A stretch of DNA of 63,853 nt, the filler included, from Collodictyon triciliatum (Eukaryota): the NCBI GenBank assembly GCA_043381765.1. It is 43 parts of 43 records of this genome, joined end to end, with 100 filler letters (N's around TTAATTAATTAA, not from the genome) between each part and the next. Parts side by side here need not be neighbours in the genome. Positions count along the whole stretch, not along the records: positions 25,347 to 26,734 come from JBHJMP010011213.1; positions 26,835 to 28,222 come from JBHJMP010011214.1; positions 28,323 to 29,710 come from JBHJMP010011215.1; positions 29,811 to 31,198 come from JBHJMP010011216.1; positions 31,299 to 32,685 come from JBHJMP010011217.1; positions 32,786 to 34,172 come from JBHJMP010011218.1; positions 34,273 to 35,659 come from JBHJMP010011219.1; positions 35,760 to 37,145 come from JBHJMP010011220.1; 35 more parts are not named here. One strand, 5' to 3'. A model generated the notes under the pieces. That model saw only the letters and a program-made list of their open reading frames with translations. It did not search any database and was not told the origin of the DNA. The translations under genes were made by a program, and so were the position numbers. Within the stretch, counting starts at the first letter, position 1, and each line of letters opens with the position of its first letter. Of the stretch, positions 26,010 through 38,989 are shown in pieces.

Positions 26010-27122
26010 TTCATGTTTTGCCTGAAGCCCTCTCATCCTTTTTCTTTTTCTTCAGTCTGTGTTGAGTTCACACCCTGCCACACACCCGAAAGCATTGATT
26101 CTCTGATAAGCATGTCACAAAAACTCCTCGATTTTGTGTCTGCAAAACAATCGCTTATTCTTATTATTCGGATTTCCTTTTCTCTCATTATTTTCATAAG
26201 CATCAATCATTCATCCACAATCACCCGTTCATCACCATCCATTACACAGGAGCATTTGCCAACTTCGCTTCCTCCCCTTTTCATTCCTTCTGCATACACC
26301 CAGCACAAGTCTCTTCTCTGACGCCTCCCCACGATGCGCCATTTCCTCTCTCTAATCTATACCCTCATCATACGCGTCGATGAGTTTTGGGTTACCACTT
26401 TTCCTGTCGACGGTTTTGGTGGCGACTGCCCCTCCTGATTAAACGAGTGCAGTCAACACCCACACAGGGCGTGTAGAGAATCCAAAACTTCTGTTGTTTT
26501 TGACCTAGTTAAAATGATTCAAAGATTATTTTTTTTTGTGTTGTGTTCGTCCTGCTGTTTACCTGTTGTTTCAGTCAAGCTAACCAAGAACATCACACGA
26601 AGGCCGCTTAGGTCGTTGTCGGTTATGGTAAATTCATCAAAACAAACAAACAAACAAACAAACAAACAAACAAACAAACAAACAAACAAACAAACAAACA
26701 AACAAACAAACAAACAAACAAACAAACAAACAAANNNNNNNNNNNNNNNNNNNNNNNNNNNNNNNNNNNNNNNNNNNNTTAATTAATTAANNNNNNNNNN
26801 NNNNNNNNNNNNNNNNNNNNNNNNNNNNNNNNNNATAAACAATAATAAACAATAATAAACAATAATAAACAATAATAAACAATAATAAACAATAATAAAC
26901 AATAATAAACAATAATAAACAATAATAAACAATAATAAACAATAATAAACAATAATAAACAATAATAAACAATAATAAACAATAATAAACAATAATAAAC
27001 AATAACAAACAATAACAAACATGAAATATAAAATAGTAAAAAACGGACAGCTTCCTTCAAATAGGGGGGGGGGGGTGGTTTCACATGGACAGATTTTTGA
27101 CTGAATGCATTTGTGAACTTAC

Positions 27123-27994
27123 CAGCGATGATTGCGTTGGTGGAGGCGATGGCGGGGATAATGTTCTTGACAACACCCATCGTAAGCATGAACGTGACCC
27201 CTTTAATACATATTTGAAAGATAAAACACAACAAGGACATCGAAACACTGAACAACCTTATTGATATCATGTAATATGGATGACGAGTTTTTTTTTCTGG
27301 AAGGGCAAAATCCTAAAATTAGAATATGAGCTTTCCACCTTGGATATCATATTTTTGAGCTCGTTTTATTGCTGTGTCGAAAAGCCAGCGACAGTGCTCG
27401 GGATTGTCCGTATCCAATTTTTCATCTAAATTGATAATATAGAAAGCGACCCACGAAAAAAAAAAAATTAACTTATTTAAACTTCAACAAATATACTAAG
27501 ATACAAAAACTAAACCAAAACCAAAAAAAAAAAAAAGTGAATATAATCAAATTAAATATTTTTACTCGGGTGTTCAATCGGCCACTGTACTACGGAAGCC
27601 CACTCAATGCAGTGTTCTGGTTTTCTAGGCTTATCAGCGATGGTACAGAGCGGATAAGTCACCTAGATGTATTTTCACAATAAACGCTTACAATTGGTAT
27701 ATATTAAAACAGAAGTAGTTTCTGATGTAAAATTTCAACCACGAAGCCCAAAAAACATAGCCAATCTTAAAGAACTCTTTACTTTGAAAAAAAAAAGCAA
27801 AAAATAAACAAATAAAACAAATTAAGATAAGAAAATATAAAGAAAATATAAAGAAAACAAAAACAAAAAAACGGGGTAAAATATAAGAAAACAATAAACA
27901 AATAAAAAAATCACCTGAGGAGGAAATGAATCGAGAGAGCATTCAAAACAGCTTGAAATTCTAGGCAAAATCACACGAGCCTGACCCTTGAACC
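27123..27994 (-). CDS. UBA3: NEDD8-activating enzyme E1 catalytic subunit, internal 4-exon fragment
   Basis: [38 protein letters not shown] (catalytic Cys); [26 protein letters not shown]. Confidence 0.95.
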
Positions 27995-28500
27995 CTTTTG
28001 TTTTGTTAAAGAAAGGATGTTAGTATGCGATTTGAGTTATGCGAAAAGCAAAAGGAATAAAGGAATAAAGGAATAAAGGAATAAAGGAATGAAGGAATGA
28101 AGAAACAAAGAGAGAAGAGACGAGAAGAGAAGAGAAGAGAAGAGAAGAGAAGAGAAGAGAAGAGAAGAGAAGAGAAGAGAAGAGAAGAGAAGAGAAGAGA
28201 AGAGAAGAGAAGAGAAGAGAAGNNNNNNNNNNNNNNNNNNNNNNNNNNNNNNNNNNNNNNNNNNNNTTAATTAATTAANNNNNNNNNNNNNNNNNNNNNN
28301 NNNNNNNNNNNNNNNNNNNNNNTCTATCATTTTCTATCATTTTCTATCATTTTCTATCATTTTCTATCATTTTCTATCATTTTCTATCATTTTCTATCAT
28401 TTTCTATCATTTTCTATCATTTTCTATCATTTTCTATCATTTTCTATCATTTTCTATCATTTTCTATCATTTTCTATCATTTTCTATCATTTTATGACAG

Positions 28501-29583
28501 AAAGTACAAATTGCAATTTATGATGCGACAAACAGCACAAGATCAAGGCGCGAATGGATACAGCAAACTTGTGAAGATGCAGGAGTCAAAACCATGTTTA
28601 TAGAGAGCCTTTGCGATGACCAGTGTATTGTTTAATTTTTCATTAAAATAATGCTAAATTAAAAAGTATTCCTCCAATAAACGGTCCATTTTTACAAGAC
28701 GAAATGATAATGTATTTTCCTTTATTCGATCTAAAGTGAGATGAAATTATAATATATGTACATATCAACTATACAACATTCTTGATTGATTTTTCTTTTC
28801 CTTTTATCTGGGAAAAGCCATCATCGACAAAAATGTGCGCGCCACAAAAATTTTCTCGCCAGAGTGGGTTTATGTCATCACATGTATTTTATTCATGCTT
28901 ATGCGTGATTTGAGTTTATCATAGAACCATATCATTTTATGGACTTTTGAGTATTGTGTAAATGTGTTTATCTCATTCTTTATTTTTTTAAGCTACCGCG
29001 GAAAAGATCCAGAGTTTGCTGTAGCTGATTTTTTGAAAAGAATACAAATGTATTCAAAAACATATGAACCCGTAGATGAAGAAGATGCTTGCTATGTAAA
29101 AGTAACCATTTCCTTGACGATAAACTGAAACGAAACCAAAAATAAAAACTATTTCCTTGGCGAAATAATGGAAATAAGAAAAGGATAATCAATTTAAAAT
29201 TGTGAAATTAAATGTTATTTATATACACGAAAAAAAATCTGAAAGTAGCCGATTCAATCATCTAGATTATCGATGTCGGTAAAAAAGTCATTGTAAACAA
29301 TGTATTTGGATATTTACAAAGTAAAATTGTTTCCTTCTGCATGAACATGCGAGTAACAACTCGCTCAATTTATATCACCCGACATGGCCAAAGTGAATGC
29401 AATTCGAAGGGTAGAATCGGAGGAGATTCAGAACTTACAGCACTTGGACTTGCCTATGCAGAGAAATTGGCTGAGTTTACTCAAAGTCATATTTTAACCT
29501 CTCATCCAAGGACAAGATTCTGGACATCCACGCTCCGTCGTAGCGTACAAACTGCGAACACTTTAAGTGTTCCTTTTCTGCAA
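28501..29583 (+). CDS. PFKFB: 6-phosphofructo-2-kinase/fructose-2,6-bisphosphatase, internal 4-exon fragment
   Basis: AIYDATNSTRSRR, FIESLCDD, SPDY..AVADFLKRI, NNVFGYLQSKIV, IYITRHGQSE..GRIGGDSELT, WTSTLRR. Confidence 0.96.
28716..28739 (-). mobile_element. Retroposon family A micro-insertion (about 24 bp, older) in a PFKFB intron
   Basis: TTTCCTTTATTCGATCTAAAGTG; degenerate 18-bp TSD at 28698-28715 and 28740-28757 (3 mismatches). Confidence 0.7.
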
Positions 29584-29619
29584 GTAATTGACATTATTTT
29601 CATTTCTTTGGTTTTCCTT

Positions 29620-29699
<80 letters not shown>

Positions 29700-29935
29700 T
29701 TTTATTATTANNNNNNNNNNNNNNNNNNNNNNNNNNNNNNNNNNNNNNNNNNNNTTAATTAATTAANNNNNNNNNNNNNNNNNNNNNNNNNNNNNNNNNN
29801 NNNNNNNNNNTTTTTCTTTTTTCTTTTTTCTTTTTTCTTTTTTCTTTTTTCTTTTTTCTTTTTTCTTTTTTCTTTTTTCTTTTTTCTTTTTTCTTTTTTT
29901 CTTTTTTCTTTATGATTGTGCTAGTTAGTGCGTAC

Positions 29936-31052
29936 CCGTGATAACCCGATTATGGTAGGTGATTTTCGAATCATATTGATACTGTCCTCGGGAGACAGAT
30001 TAAATTTTTTGAATGCCTCGATAAAATATGGAACCCTTGTTTGAAGCGAATAAGTTAGCAGTGCTGGAGCTATTCTAACTGCACGTGTAATATCAGCTGA
30101 GGTAAGGCCTATCTCTTTCAGAAATTCTATGCGAGTGGCCAAGCATGTCGTGGAGAGTCGAAGGACACCAGCATGCATCCGAAAGCGACCACTTTGAAAG
30201 AAAAGAAATAGTTAAGAAAAACGATTATGATGCTAGTAATAAAGTCACTGGCCCAGGGTTACAGTGAATCTTGCACTTTTTGTTTACTGTAAAGAAAATA
30301 TACGGGTGATAATTAAAAAAAAATGATTGTAAGGTCAAAACGACCGTTTTTTTTTTTTTTTTTTGTTTTGTTGCCAAATCAGCGCTTATCACAAAATATG
30401 AATGCTCTACTTATCCACTATACTGTAAGTCTTCATATTGATGCATGGGATGATATACCCTTTCAATAGGAGGCGGTTCTCGTAGTAAAAATTCATTTTC
30501 TTTTGGAGCGCATCAGCTTTCATTGAGGCTAGGCTGGGAATGTCGGTGTACGCACTTCGTATGTTCTCTTCATTGAGACCAAAATCCAAGAAGCACTGGA
30601 TCTGTGTGTCGAAACTGTATTGATAAGAAGGACACATAAACAAATACCGAGAAAAGCTTTGAGTGGTCTACGCTATAGCGTGGGAAAACTTTGCAACGGG
30701 AGTTTAATTTAAAAAAAAAAAGAAGAGGCAGAAGATACTGGGTTCGCCTTCCCACACCACAGGTAGTTGTATTCGCAGCCAGGTGGCATCAGACCTGGCG
30801 GGTTATGTCGCGTGCATGTGCACCTTTGCTGTGGGCTAGCGGGGTTGAAATCTGTTCTGCAAGTCGCTCGTATATGTTGGTTGCTGTGTCTGAGATCAAG
30901 TGGGCGGCCGAAGGCAGCTCCTCCAGCGGAGTCTGGCTTTGTCGGGGAAGTGCAACAAAGCGGACGGACGACCATGGGTTTGGGAGGCGGCCGGCCAAGC
31001 AGAAGGAGGCGGCAAGAAGACCCCGCATAGACGCTATGGTCACGGGCAGCAT
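29936..31052 (-). CDS. mTERF-repeat protein with probable mitochondrial transit peptide, 5' part
   Basis: RIEFLKEIGLTSADITRAVRIAPALLTYSL, FLDFGLNEENI..IPSL, MIRKSPTIIGLS; Arg/Ser/Ala-rich N-terminus. Confidence 0.82.
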
Positions 31053-31303
31053 ACCTGCACAGGTCGCGTCTCTTTGCCTTTGTCTTTGTCTTTGTCTTTG
31101 TCTTTGTCTTTGTCTTTGTCTTTGTCTTTGTCTTTGTCTTTGTCTTTGTCTTTGTCTTTGTCTTTGTCTTTGTCTTTGTCTTTGTCTTTGTCTTTGTCNN
31201 NNNNNNNNNNNNNNNNNNNNNNNNNNNNNNNNNNNNNNNNNNTTAATTAATTAANNNNNNNNNNNNNNNNNNNNNNNNNNNNNNNNNNNNNNNNNNNNGG
31301 GGG

Positions 31304-31342
<39 letters not shown>

Positions 31343-31441
31343 AATTAAATATAAATTTACGTGATAAACATCGACGGTTTCATGATATCCTCTTTGAATC
31401 AGATGACTTCTGAATTCTGCATATGATTTCATGTGTATTAC

Positions 31442-32535
31442 TCAAGGTGAGGGTCAATCAATGAACGCAAAAGGCGTCGATCACTTTCTTCAAGAGAGAT
31501 ACTTGTCTGGGGTTTAAGATATAAGAATATTGAATGTTAAATAAGGTATAAACGCAATGAAAATTTTGATGGTATTTCTAAAATATATGATTGACCTGAT
31601 TTTCAATCATGTAATCAAGCATCCTGAGGGATTGCTCCTCATGATGCCATTTGACGTCAGGCCTTGATTACGACCAGATTAACGGGGTATTGTTTTGAAA
31701 CAAAAACAAATTTATGATGGTAAATGTTCATTTACAGTTCTTACCGAGCTCTAGGCATGAACTCATTATCGAATACGTGGCTACAGTTTCAAAGGAGGAT
31801 TAGAGAACCATACTTTTTTATCTGCAATATAATTCATTTTCTTTCTTTCTTTCTTTCTTTTCGTTAGAGAAGGGATCCGAATACCATTCCGTTGTATGCA
31901 TGGGCATGTCATTTTTGAGGAAAATAAAAGTACCTGAAAGGACCATGACCTAAATCGTGGCACAAGCCAGCCAGTTTGACGATTTTAATAATATGGTCAG
32001 TGATTCCAAGAGAAGGTTGATGCAATCGGAGATGATGCAGTAGTTCTCCAGCCAGATAGCTGACTCCTATACTATTTTATCTGGTTAGTTTATCATCAAA
32101 ATGAAAACAAAAGAGAATGAATGTCAGTTCTCGGATGGTTCTAAATACATCAACCAATCAAGCGTCAATGCGCAGCTTGGCGTTACATTTTTTTTTTTTA
32201 TTCTTCCTTTCAACTTTTTGTGCAGGACCGAGGGAGCTTGGCGTTACATTACAGGGAAGAATACCTGTGCTCGAAGCGAGTGTTCGTTGCACATGGGAAT
32301 ACATAACAGCATGTCCCAAGTTGCTTTAAGTCACGAAGCCTTTGGAAAACTGGAGTATCGATCACCTGCGTATGAAACTATACACAAGATGAGAATAGGC
32401 TATAACAATTTGATTAATTTCGAGTTACTTCGATGACTTGGCACCATGTTATCAGTAAACTGTCACTACCTCATCGATACTCATATACCCATGCACAGAG
32501 TCTAGAATCAACTTCCCTGGCTGGATGCCTGGGGC
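31442..32535 (-). CDS. SAMHD1: SAMHD1-like HD-domain dNTP triphosphohydrolase, multi-exon fragment
   Basis: [58 protein letters not shown] (HD at 31954-31959); [20 protein letters not shown]. Confidence 0.93.
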
Positions 32536-33248
32536 CTATTTCGATGTTTTCGATAAAATTAACACTTTTTTCAGTTGCCTATGAAGAGGAAAACAACAAC
32601 AATAGTAATAGTAATAGTAATAGTAATAGTAATAGTAATAGTAATAGTAATAGTAATAGTAATAATAATAGTAATAATAATAGTANNNNNNNNNNNNNNN
32701 NNNNNNNNNNNNNNNNNNNNNNNNNNNNNTTAATTAATTAANNNNNNNNNNNNNNNNNNNNNNNNNNNNNNNNNNNNNNNNNNNNGGATATTTTGCACCG
32801 CGACATATGGGTAGACTGGCTGGCTTGTTATTGGTGGCCCGACATATGACATGCTCCTGGACAAGCCATGATGCTGGGTAGCACCAGAACCAACTTGAGA
32901 GATATGTGTTGTTCGGCTCATATTCTCTGGAAAAGGAGCAGAGGATATTGCAATTGGTTGATTATAGTACACAGCCCCAGTCCAGGGTGTGTGATGTCTC
33001 GGTGCAACAAAATTGGCAGAAGACAGATTTGTAGAAGAGCAGCTTAATGCAGCAGCAGGATAGGTGGGATGCAAGACATATGACGCCGAGGGAGCCAGTT
33101 CTTTAGATGTTTCATTTTTTTTAAAAAAAAAGCAGAAAGGTAGATTGTATTCAAATAGCATTAGACAGAAATAAACTTTTTCCGGGAGGTCGTAGCCATA
33201 TGACTAAAACCAGTGTGAGGAATATTGATATATATATATCATTTAGGA

Positions 33249-33272
33249 CTTTGAATCGAATAAAGGAAAAAA
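33249..33272 (+). mobile_element. Retroposon family A micro-insertion (24 bp)
   Basis: CTTTGAATCGAATAAAGGAAAAAA between perfect 15-bp repeats ATATATCATTTAGGA (33234-33248, 33273-33287). Confidence 0.92.
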
Positions 33273-34272
33273 ATATATCATTTAGGAATATTTTGTTACA
33301 CAGCAAAATGATATATTCGTTCAGTACTGTTTTGGGATGAAGGCGAAGTAGAGTCAATTGATTCATGTTCTGCGACTAAAGGAGCCGGATTGGCCACCGA
33401 AATAGAGCGGCGCAGGGAGTTTGTCAATGGAGAGTTTGATGCTGGAGAAGATGGTATAACTGGGTCAATCTAAAAAAAGGATGTTAATTAAATATTAGTG
33501 AAACAAGAAAATTAAACAAAACATATGAATGATAATCTTTCACTTATACTGAGAAGCTCAATAGTATATAAATCTTATTCTATAAGTATTATTTACGGGT
33601 CATAATAACGTAAATCCAAGAAAACTGTTTTTTTCTCGTGAGATGAGTTTAAGTGTACAAACACAGAAGAAAATGCAAACCTTCATGGGGTCTGAGGACT
33701 TTGGAACCCCTTTTAGTGGAGACTTTGGCACTTGAGGGATATCTTTCGAAGATTGTGCTTGAGACATGTCCTGCGTGTAAAATGGAGATTACACACGTAT
33801 ATGCACCATACAAGATAGTATGAGCAAGTATCTTTATCGGTAAATAGGAAAATGCTTACATCAATTTTTTTCTTTAATTGCCCATTCTCCAGAAGCAATA
33901 ATGCTTCAGATTCCTTGAGCCTAGAAATCTCGACATTCATCGCACATTTCTCCTAATATCATAGATATGAACATAAGGACTTCAATTAGGGTAGTATCCG
34001 TCCGGGGCGCTTTAATATAAGCAAAGTCTTCATTTCTTAGTAGTAGCACAATTGTGTCTGTAAAGGATCTAGCAAAAAAACAATAAAAAACAATAAAAAA
34101 CAATAAAAAACAATAAAAAACAATAAAAAACAATAAAAAACAATAAAAAACAATAAAAAACAATAAAAAACANNNNNNNNNNNNNNNNNNNNNNNNNNNN
34201 NNNNNNNNNNNNNNNNTTAATTAATTAANNNNNNNNNNNNNNNNNNNNNNNNNNNNNNNNNNNNNNNNNNNN

Positions 34273-34328
<56 letters not shown>

Positions 34329-34397
34329 TTTTTTGTTTTTTGTTTTTTGTTTTTTGTTTGTCTGCAACTGAAATTCCTCTGTTGTGAGATTAGTCAT

Positions 34398-35418
34398 ATG
34401 GAACCACCCCGACGACTTGAGCCGCCCCTAGACTTACCTCCTGGTAGTTTTGAGATGTGTGTATTGGACAAGGCTGGAACTTCGACCGATGCGAGCGAAG
34501 TAAATCAAGACGCTAGAGGGCAGAAAACCACAATGTGTGGGGTCCATTCCAGGGTCTCTTCTTCAGCAAGCTTGGCATCCATGGCAACTCATCCACAACA
34601 CTTCGTCGCTTCCATACCTGCTCCTCCTATCACCCAGACTGCATACAATACCATTCCAAATGCACGCCCAGCAAACTCAATGCTTGCTGAGGGGGATGTT
34701 CCTGACAACCTCCATACTCCATTCGTTCATTTGTACCGAGCAGAGCTTGGTCGGGTGACAGCATACCGACAGCGTCTCGATACAGTCACAAACTGGGCCA
34801 TTAGCCTCACTGGTCTTCTAGTAACCTTTAGCCTGTCTCGTGATACAATCCCGCATACATTCTTTTCGATCATACTGCTGTTGAATATCTTATTTCTGGT
34901 CACCGAGTCTCGTCGATATGTGTTTTATGAGCTTGCATTACGCCGTTGCAGAATTGTTGAAATGGGATGGACAGCTCTAATCACACACTCCCCAAACCCA
35001 GACTTGAGATGGAAACAAAAACTCGGTGTGGCTTATGGTACACGACCAGGGCTATTACCATTTCGTAAAAGCTGTTTGATTCGGCTGCAAAGGAACTATA
35101 TATGGATGCTGTGGACTGTAATGGTAGGGTGGACTATCAAGCTGACTAATCTGGACGAATTTCCTTGGTCCGTTTATCTGTAAGACCCATCCTCCCCAAA
35201 GGATTTTACTCTTAGCCTCGTCCTTAATTATCCATATATTATTTATTAGGGGATATAATTCGCGTATTGCTTTATTTCTAAAAAAATCTTCTAATTCAAA
35301 ATAATGTGGTTACTAACGAGCGATTCTTCTTTCCTCATCTAGGTCGATTCTCGCGACAATCAGCTTTACTACTGTTTCACTTCTGTCATCTAAATTCCAT
35401 AGCTGGTTGGATGTTTAA
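34398..35418 (+). CDS. DUF2270-family integral membrane protein, apparently complete (intron 35180-35342)
   Basis: HLYRAELGRVTAYRQRLDTVTNWA, PH, FLVTESRRY..Y....RRCRIVE, RLQRNYIW match DUF2270 motifs HLYRGE..R...WR.RLD.TTNWA, EARRYR, RLRRNY. Confidence 0.85.
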
Positions 35419-35563
35419 TGAACCGAGTCTTTAGCCAAGGGAAATCGAGTTTGTAGGTTTTGAGAATAGTGATCATAACAAATGATTCATGGTCCTAATT
35501 TCAATAATAGTATTAATGTTTATTTCTCTCAACCGAACGGGCATCTGGTGGCTCTGCTTAATC

Positions 35564-35659
<96 letters not shown>

Positions 35660-35844
35660 NNNNNNNNNNNNNNNNNNNNNNNNNNNNNNNNNNNNNNNNN
35701 NNNTTAATTAATTAANNNNNNNNNNNNNNNNNNNNNNNNNNNNNNNNNNNNNNNNNNNNTTTTTGGATGATGAATGAGGTGATAATGGATGTAATTATGT
35801 TTTTTTTTTTTTGATTTTATCTTTTTTTTTTTTTCTTTTTATTT

Positions 35845-35892
<48 letters not shown>

Positions 35893-37245
35893 AATTGGTG
35901 AAATTATAAATCTGAACACAATAAAACCACGTGGATTAAATAAATAAGTAAATGAAAAAGGACTTGCACAAATGAAATAGAAAAAAAAAACTAGCATACA
36001 AAAATTCTGAGACATGTAAATATCATATGAACAGGGCATATCGCAAGGCTGAGGCCATGGGCCAAAAGATGGAAATGTCTCTTTCGTCGTTAGAGCTAGC
36101 CCGACAATCGCGCAAATCTAGAGGCCAACAAGCAACAAAGTATGCTATTGCAAGTTTTCCCCCATTTCCATATTTTTCAATCGCTTGCCAACTAAAAATG
36201 TGCTCACATATTTAACTAATATTGCTATTTGGCTCCTGAAATATACTTTTCGATTTAAGCGAGCAGAGAAAAATAATCAACAATACTCATAATCATCAAC
36301 ATATTGTTGAAATATATCTCGTCTGCATATCAAACTCATATGTTCCAATATTGTCCCTTTTTTTTCGGCAAGGTAGTAACCTGTAAACTTTCGTCGTATC
36401 CAATAATATAGTAGCGTTCGCCCATGGGATGAAATCATGCGAGACATAGGACTAGCTGAATACATCCCCGCAATCGAACGCAAAGTCTTCCCGTACTAAT
36501 GCGCCGTATCACACCCTGAATGAGTTGTAGACGGTGTCAGATTTCTTTCCTGAAATCTATCATAGTGCATATAACTTCTCTCTTTTCTTTCATCTTCTCT
36601 CTCTTCTACGCCGCTCGTCTCGCCCCACATTTCCATGCAAAGTTTCATAGTATCCTTAATTTTGATATTGCTGATGTCATATTAAGTCCCTTCACTCCCC
36701 CTAAACCAATTCTTGATTCTTGCACTCCGGGCAAGAATGCTTCTGATGTGAGATAATACCGCTGCATCTATATCACATTATTAAATACCAGGAATGTTAA
36801 CAAGGAACACAGCAGAGACAACTCTCGTTCTGTATCCATACGTATTATCTTGCATCTTCATTCTCTTTTAGCTATATTTCTTTTTCCTTGTTTAATAATA
36901 ATAGTAATAGTAATAGTAATAGTAATAGTAATAGTAATAGTAATAGTAATAGTAATAGTAATAGTAATAGTAATAGTAATAGAATACTCGCGTAACGACA
37001 ATCATTCTACTTTGTGGAGACTGTTTACTGTTTCCCCCCATTTTTTCTCACGATCAATTGTTTCGAAGCCTGAATATCGTGTCTCTGGTTCTTACAGTCT
37101 AGTGTTGTTTGTTTTGTTTGCTGAAGAAACTCCTTTCTCTCCCTCNNNNNNNNNNNNNNNNNNNNNNNNNNNNNNNNNNNNNNNNNNNNTTAATTAATTA
37201 ANNNNNNNNNNNNNNNNNNNNNNNNNNNNNNNNNNNNNNNNNNNN

Positions 37246-38102
37246 AAAACCTGCAGCTTTCGGTGCGATTTCATAGCATTAATGGACGAGCTGATAATCT
37301 CCATCGCATGTGGGAAAGGCATCACAGCAGCGATTTCTTCTGTTTTCTCAATCAAACTCTGCATCAAAGTGAAACATTTGACAGAAAAAAAAATGCGCAA
37401 AAGAAAATTTAGGTAATATGCGCCCCATTGGATAATTAGAGGGTTTGAAAGAGTGATAATATGCTATTGCTAAAAACATTCAGATAGTCCTTACTTTGCG
37501 AAGCTTTGATTTTCCATAACTGACACGCCGTTGGATAAATATGGTAGACTTTTTCAGAGCTAGAAAAGCTCTTCTTTGTTTTTTTCTGAATTGCGTTTAT
37601 GTTCCATAAATTTAATGCTATTTAATACACTATATGTTATATTATTGAAGCAATAAGGGAAAAAAATCTATTAATGATGTTCTTCAGCATCTATCCATCA
37701 ACCTATGATATCTCTTGCAAGATTTGATTAAGTTAAGTGGTTTGCATATTTTGAATAAAATGACCACCTTTTGTAATTAGCTTGAATCCGAACAACGGCA
37801 TTTTCTAGTTGGAAGTATCTCTCATCTCCAAGAAGAATGTGGTAGAATGTCTGAAGGTGCGATGGTGTCATTAAATTGCCGAACGGTTGGCCATTTATTC
37901 ATGGAGTAAGTCATAAATATGAGGTAAATATTCTTGGCTGTTCTATAAGACAATGCGAACATCAAAGATTAACCTTGATTAGAGCTGGGCGGTCAATCAT
38001 GTGAACCGAACGCATCGCGTTCACGATAGTATGGAAAAATTCATCAGCAGTTTCAGAAGACGCCACCAAGTTTTGCGCATCAGGTATGTTCAGGAGCACT
38101 AG
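37246..38102 (-). CDS. Hypothetical multi-exon protein with a possible IQ motif
   Basis: Exon about 37850-37768 reads TFYHILLGDERYFQLENAVVRIQANYKR; other helical exons; full gene model not resolved. Confidence 0.35.
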
Positions 38103-38989
38103 CAATAACTGTAGGAGGATAGGTGAAATGCAAAGTTATGACGAAACAGGTAAAATGATTCAAAATTTATCTTAAAAATAACAGAATGAAGCCTTGGCGA
38201 TAATGTTTAGGTTGTTATGTCAAAGGCTTCTGTTTAGTATGTCTTACGGCAAAGTTGTCTCGGATTTCAGCAAGACGCTGCTCGTACATGTCGATAAGTG
38301 CCTCATTATCATCCGCTGTAAGATGCATATGAAGAAGTTTGATTCACAAATACATAAAAAAAATGGATGCTGACTGAAAGTGGGACATTTAATATTATGG
38401 TAAATTGACGCAGATTTAGAATTTTCTAGAACCGTCTGATTGTATTGTTTAATCGACAGAAGAAAATGATTTACTTGTCTCTTCGACCCTCGAGATGAAT
38501 GTTCTTGGTGTGCCGGGCATCTCTGCATCTTCCACGTCCTTTCGTGCACATATTCATTTATGTTAAAATTTTTATTTAATTGAGGGAAATAGTTAGACGA
38601 ATTTATTGCAGTGTCATGCAGCTGAGAAATGNNNNNNNNNNNNNNNNNNNNNNNNNNNNNNNNNNNNNNNNNNNNTTAATTAATTAANNNNNNNNNNNNN
38701 NNNNNNNNNNNNNNNNNNNNNNNNNNNNNNNTTTTTTCTTCTTTTTCTTCTTTTTCTTTTCTGTTTACTTTTTTCTTTTCTGTTTACTTTTTTCTTTTTT
38801 TCTTTTCTTTTTCTTCTTTTTCTTCTTTTTCTTCTTTTTCTTTTTCTTTTCTTCTTTTTTTTTCTTTTCTTTTTTCTTTTTTCTTTTTTCTTTTTTCCTT
38901 TTTTCCTTTTTTTCTTTTCCTTTCCTCTTTTTCTTTTTTCTTTTTTCCTTTTTTTCTTTTCCTTTCCTCTTTTTCTTTCTTTTTTTTTC

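Noticed and set aside
25347-26734. tRNA-targeted retrotransposon insertion beside tRNA-Tyr (as for Dictyostelium TRE)
   Set aside because: No family A or B sequence found in this contig
28052-28100. (GGAATAAA)n as an expanded family A tail
   Set aside because: Lacks the upstream TTTGAATC motif and any TSD; ordinary intronic microsatellite
31430-31445. Premature stop after IDPHLE in the SAMHD1-like gene
   Set aside because: The TAA lies inside a GTAAT splice donor, so the gene probably continues beyond the contig
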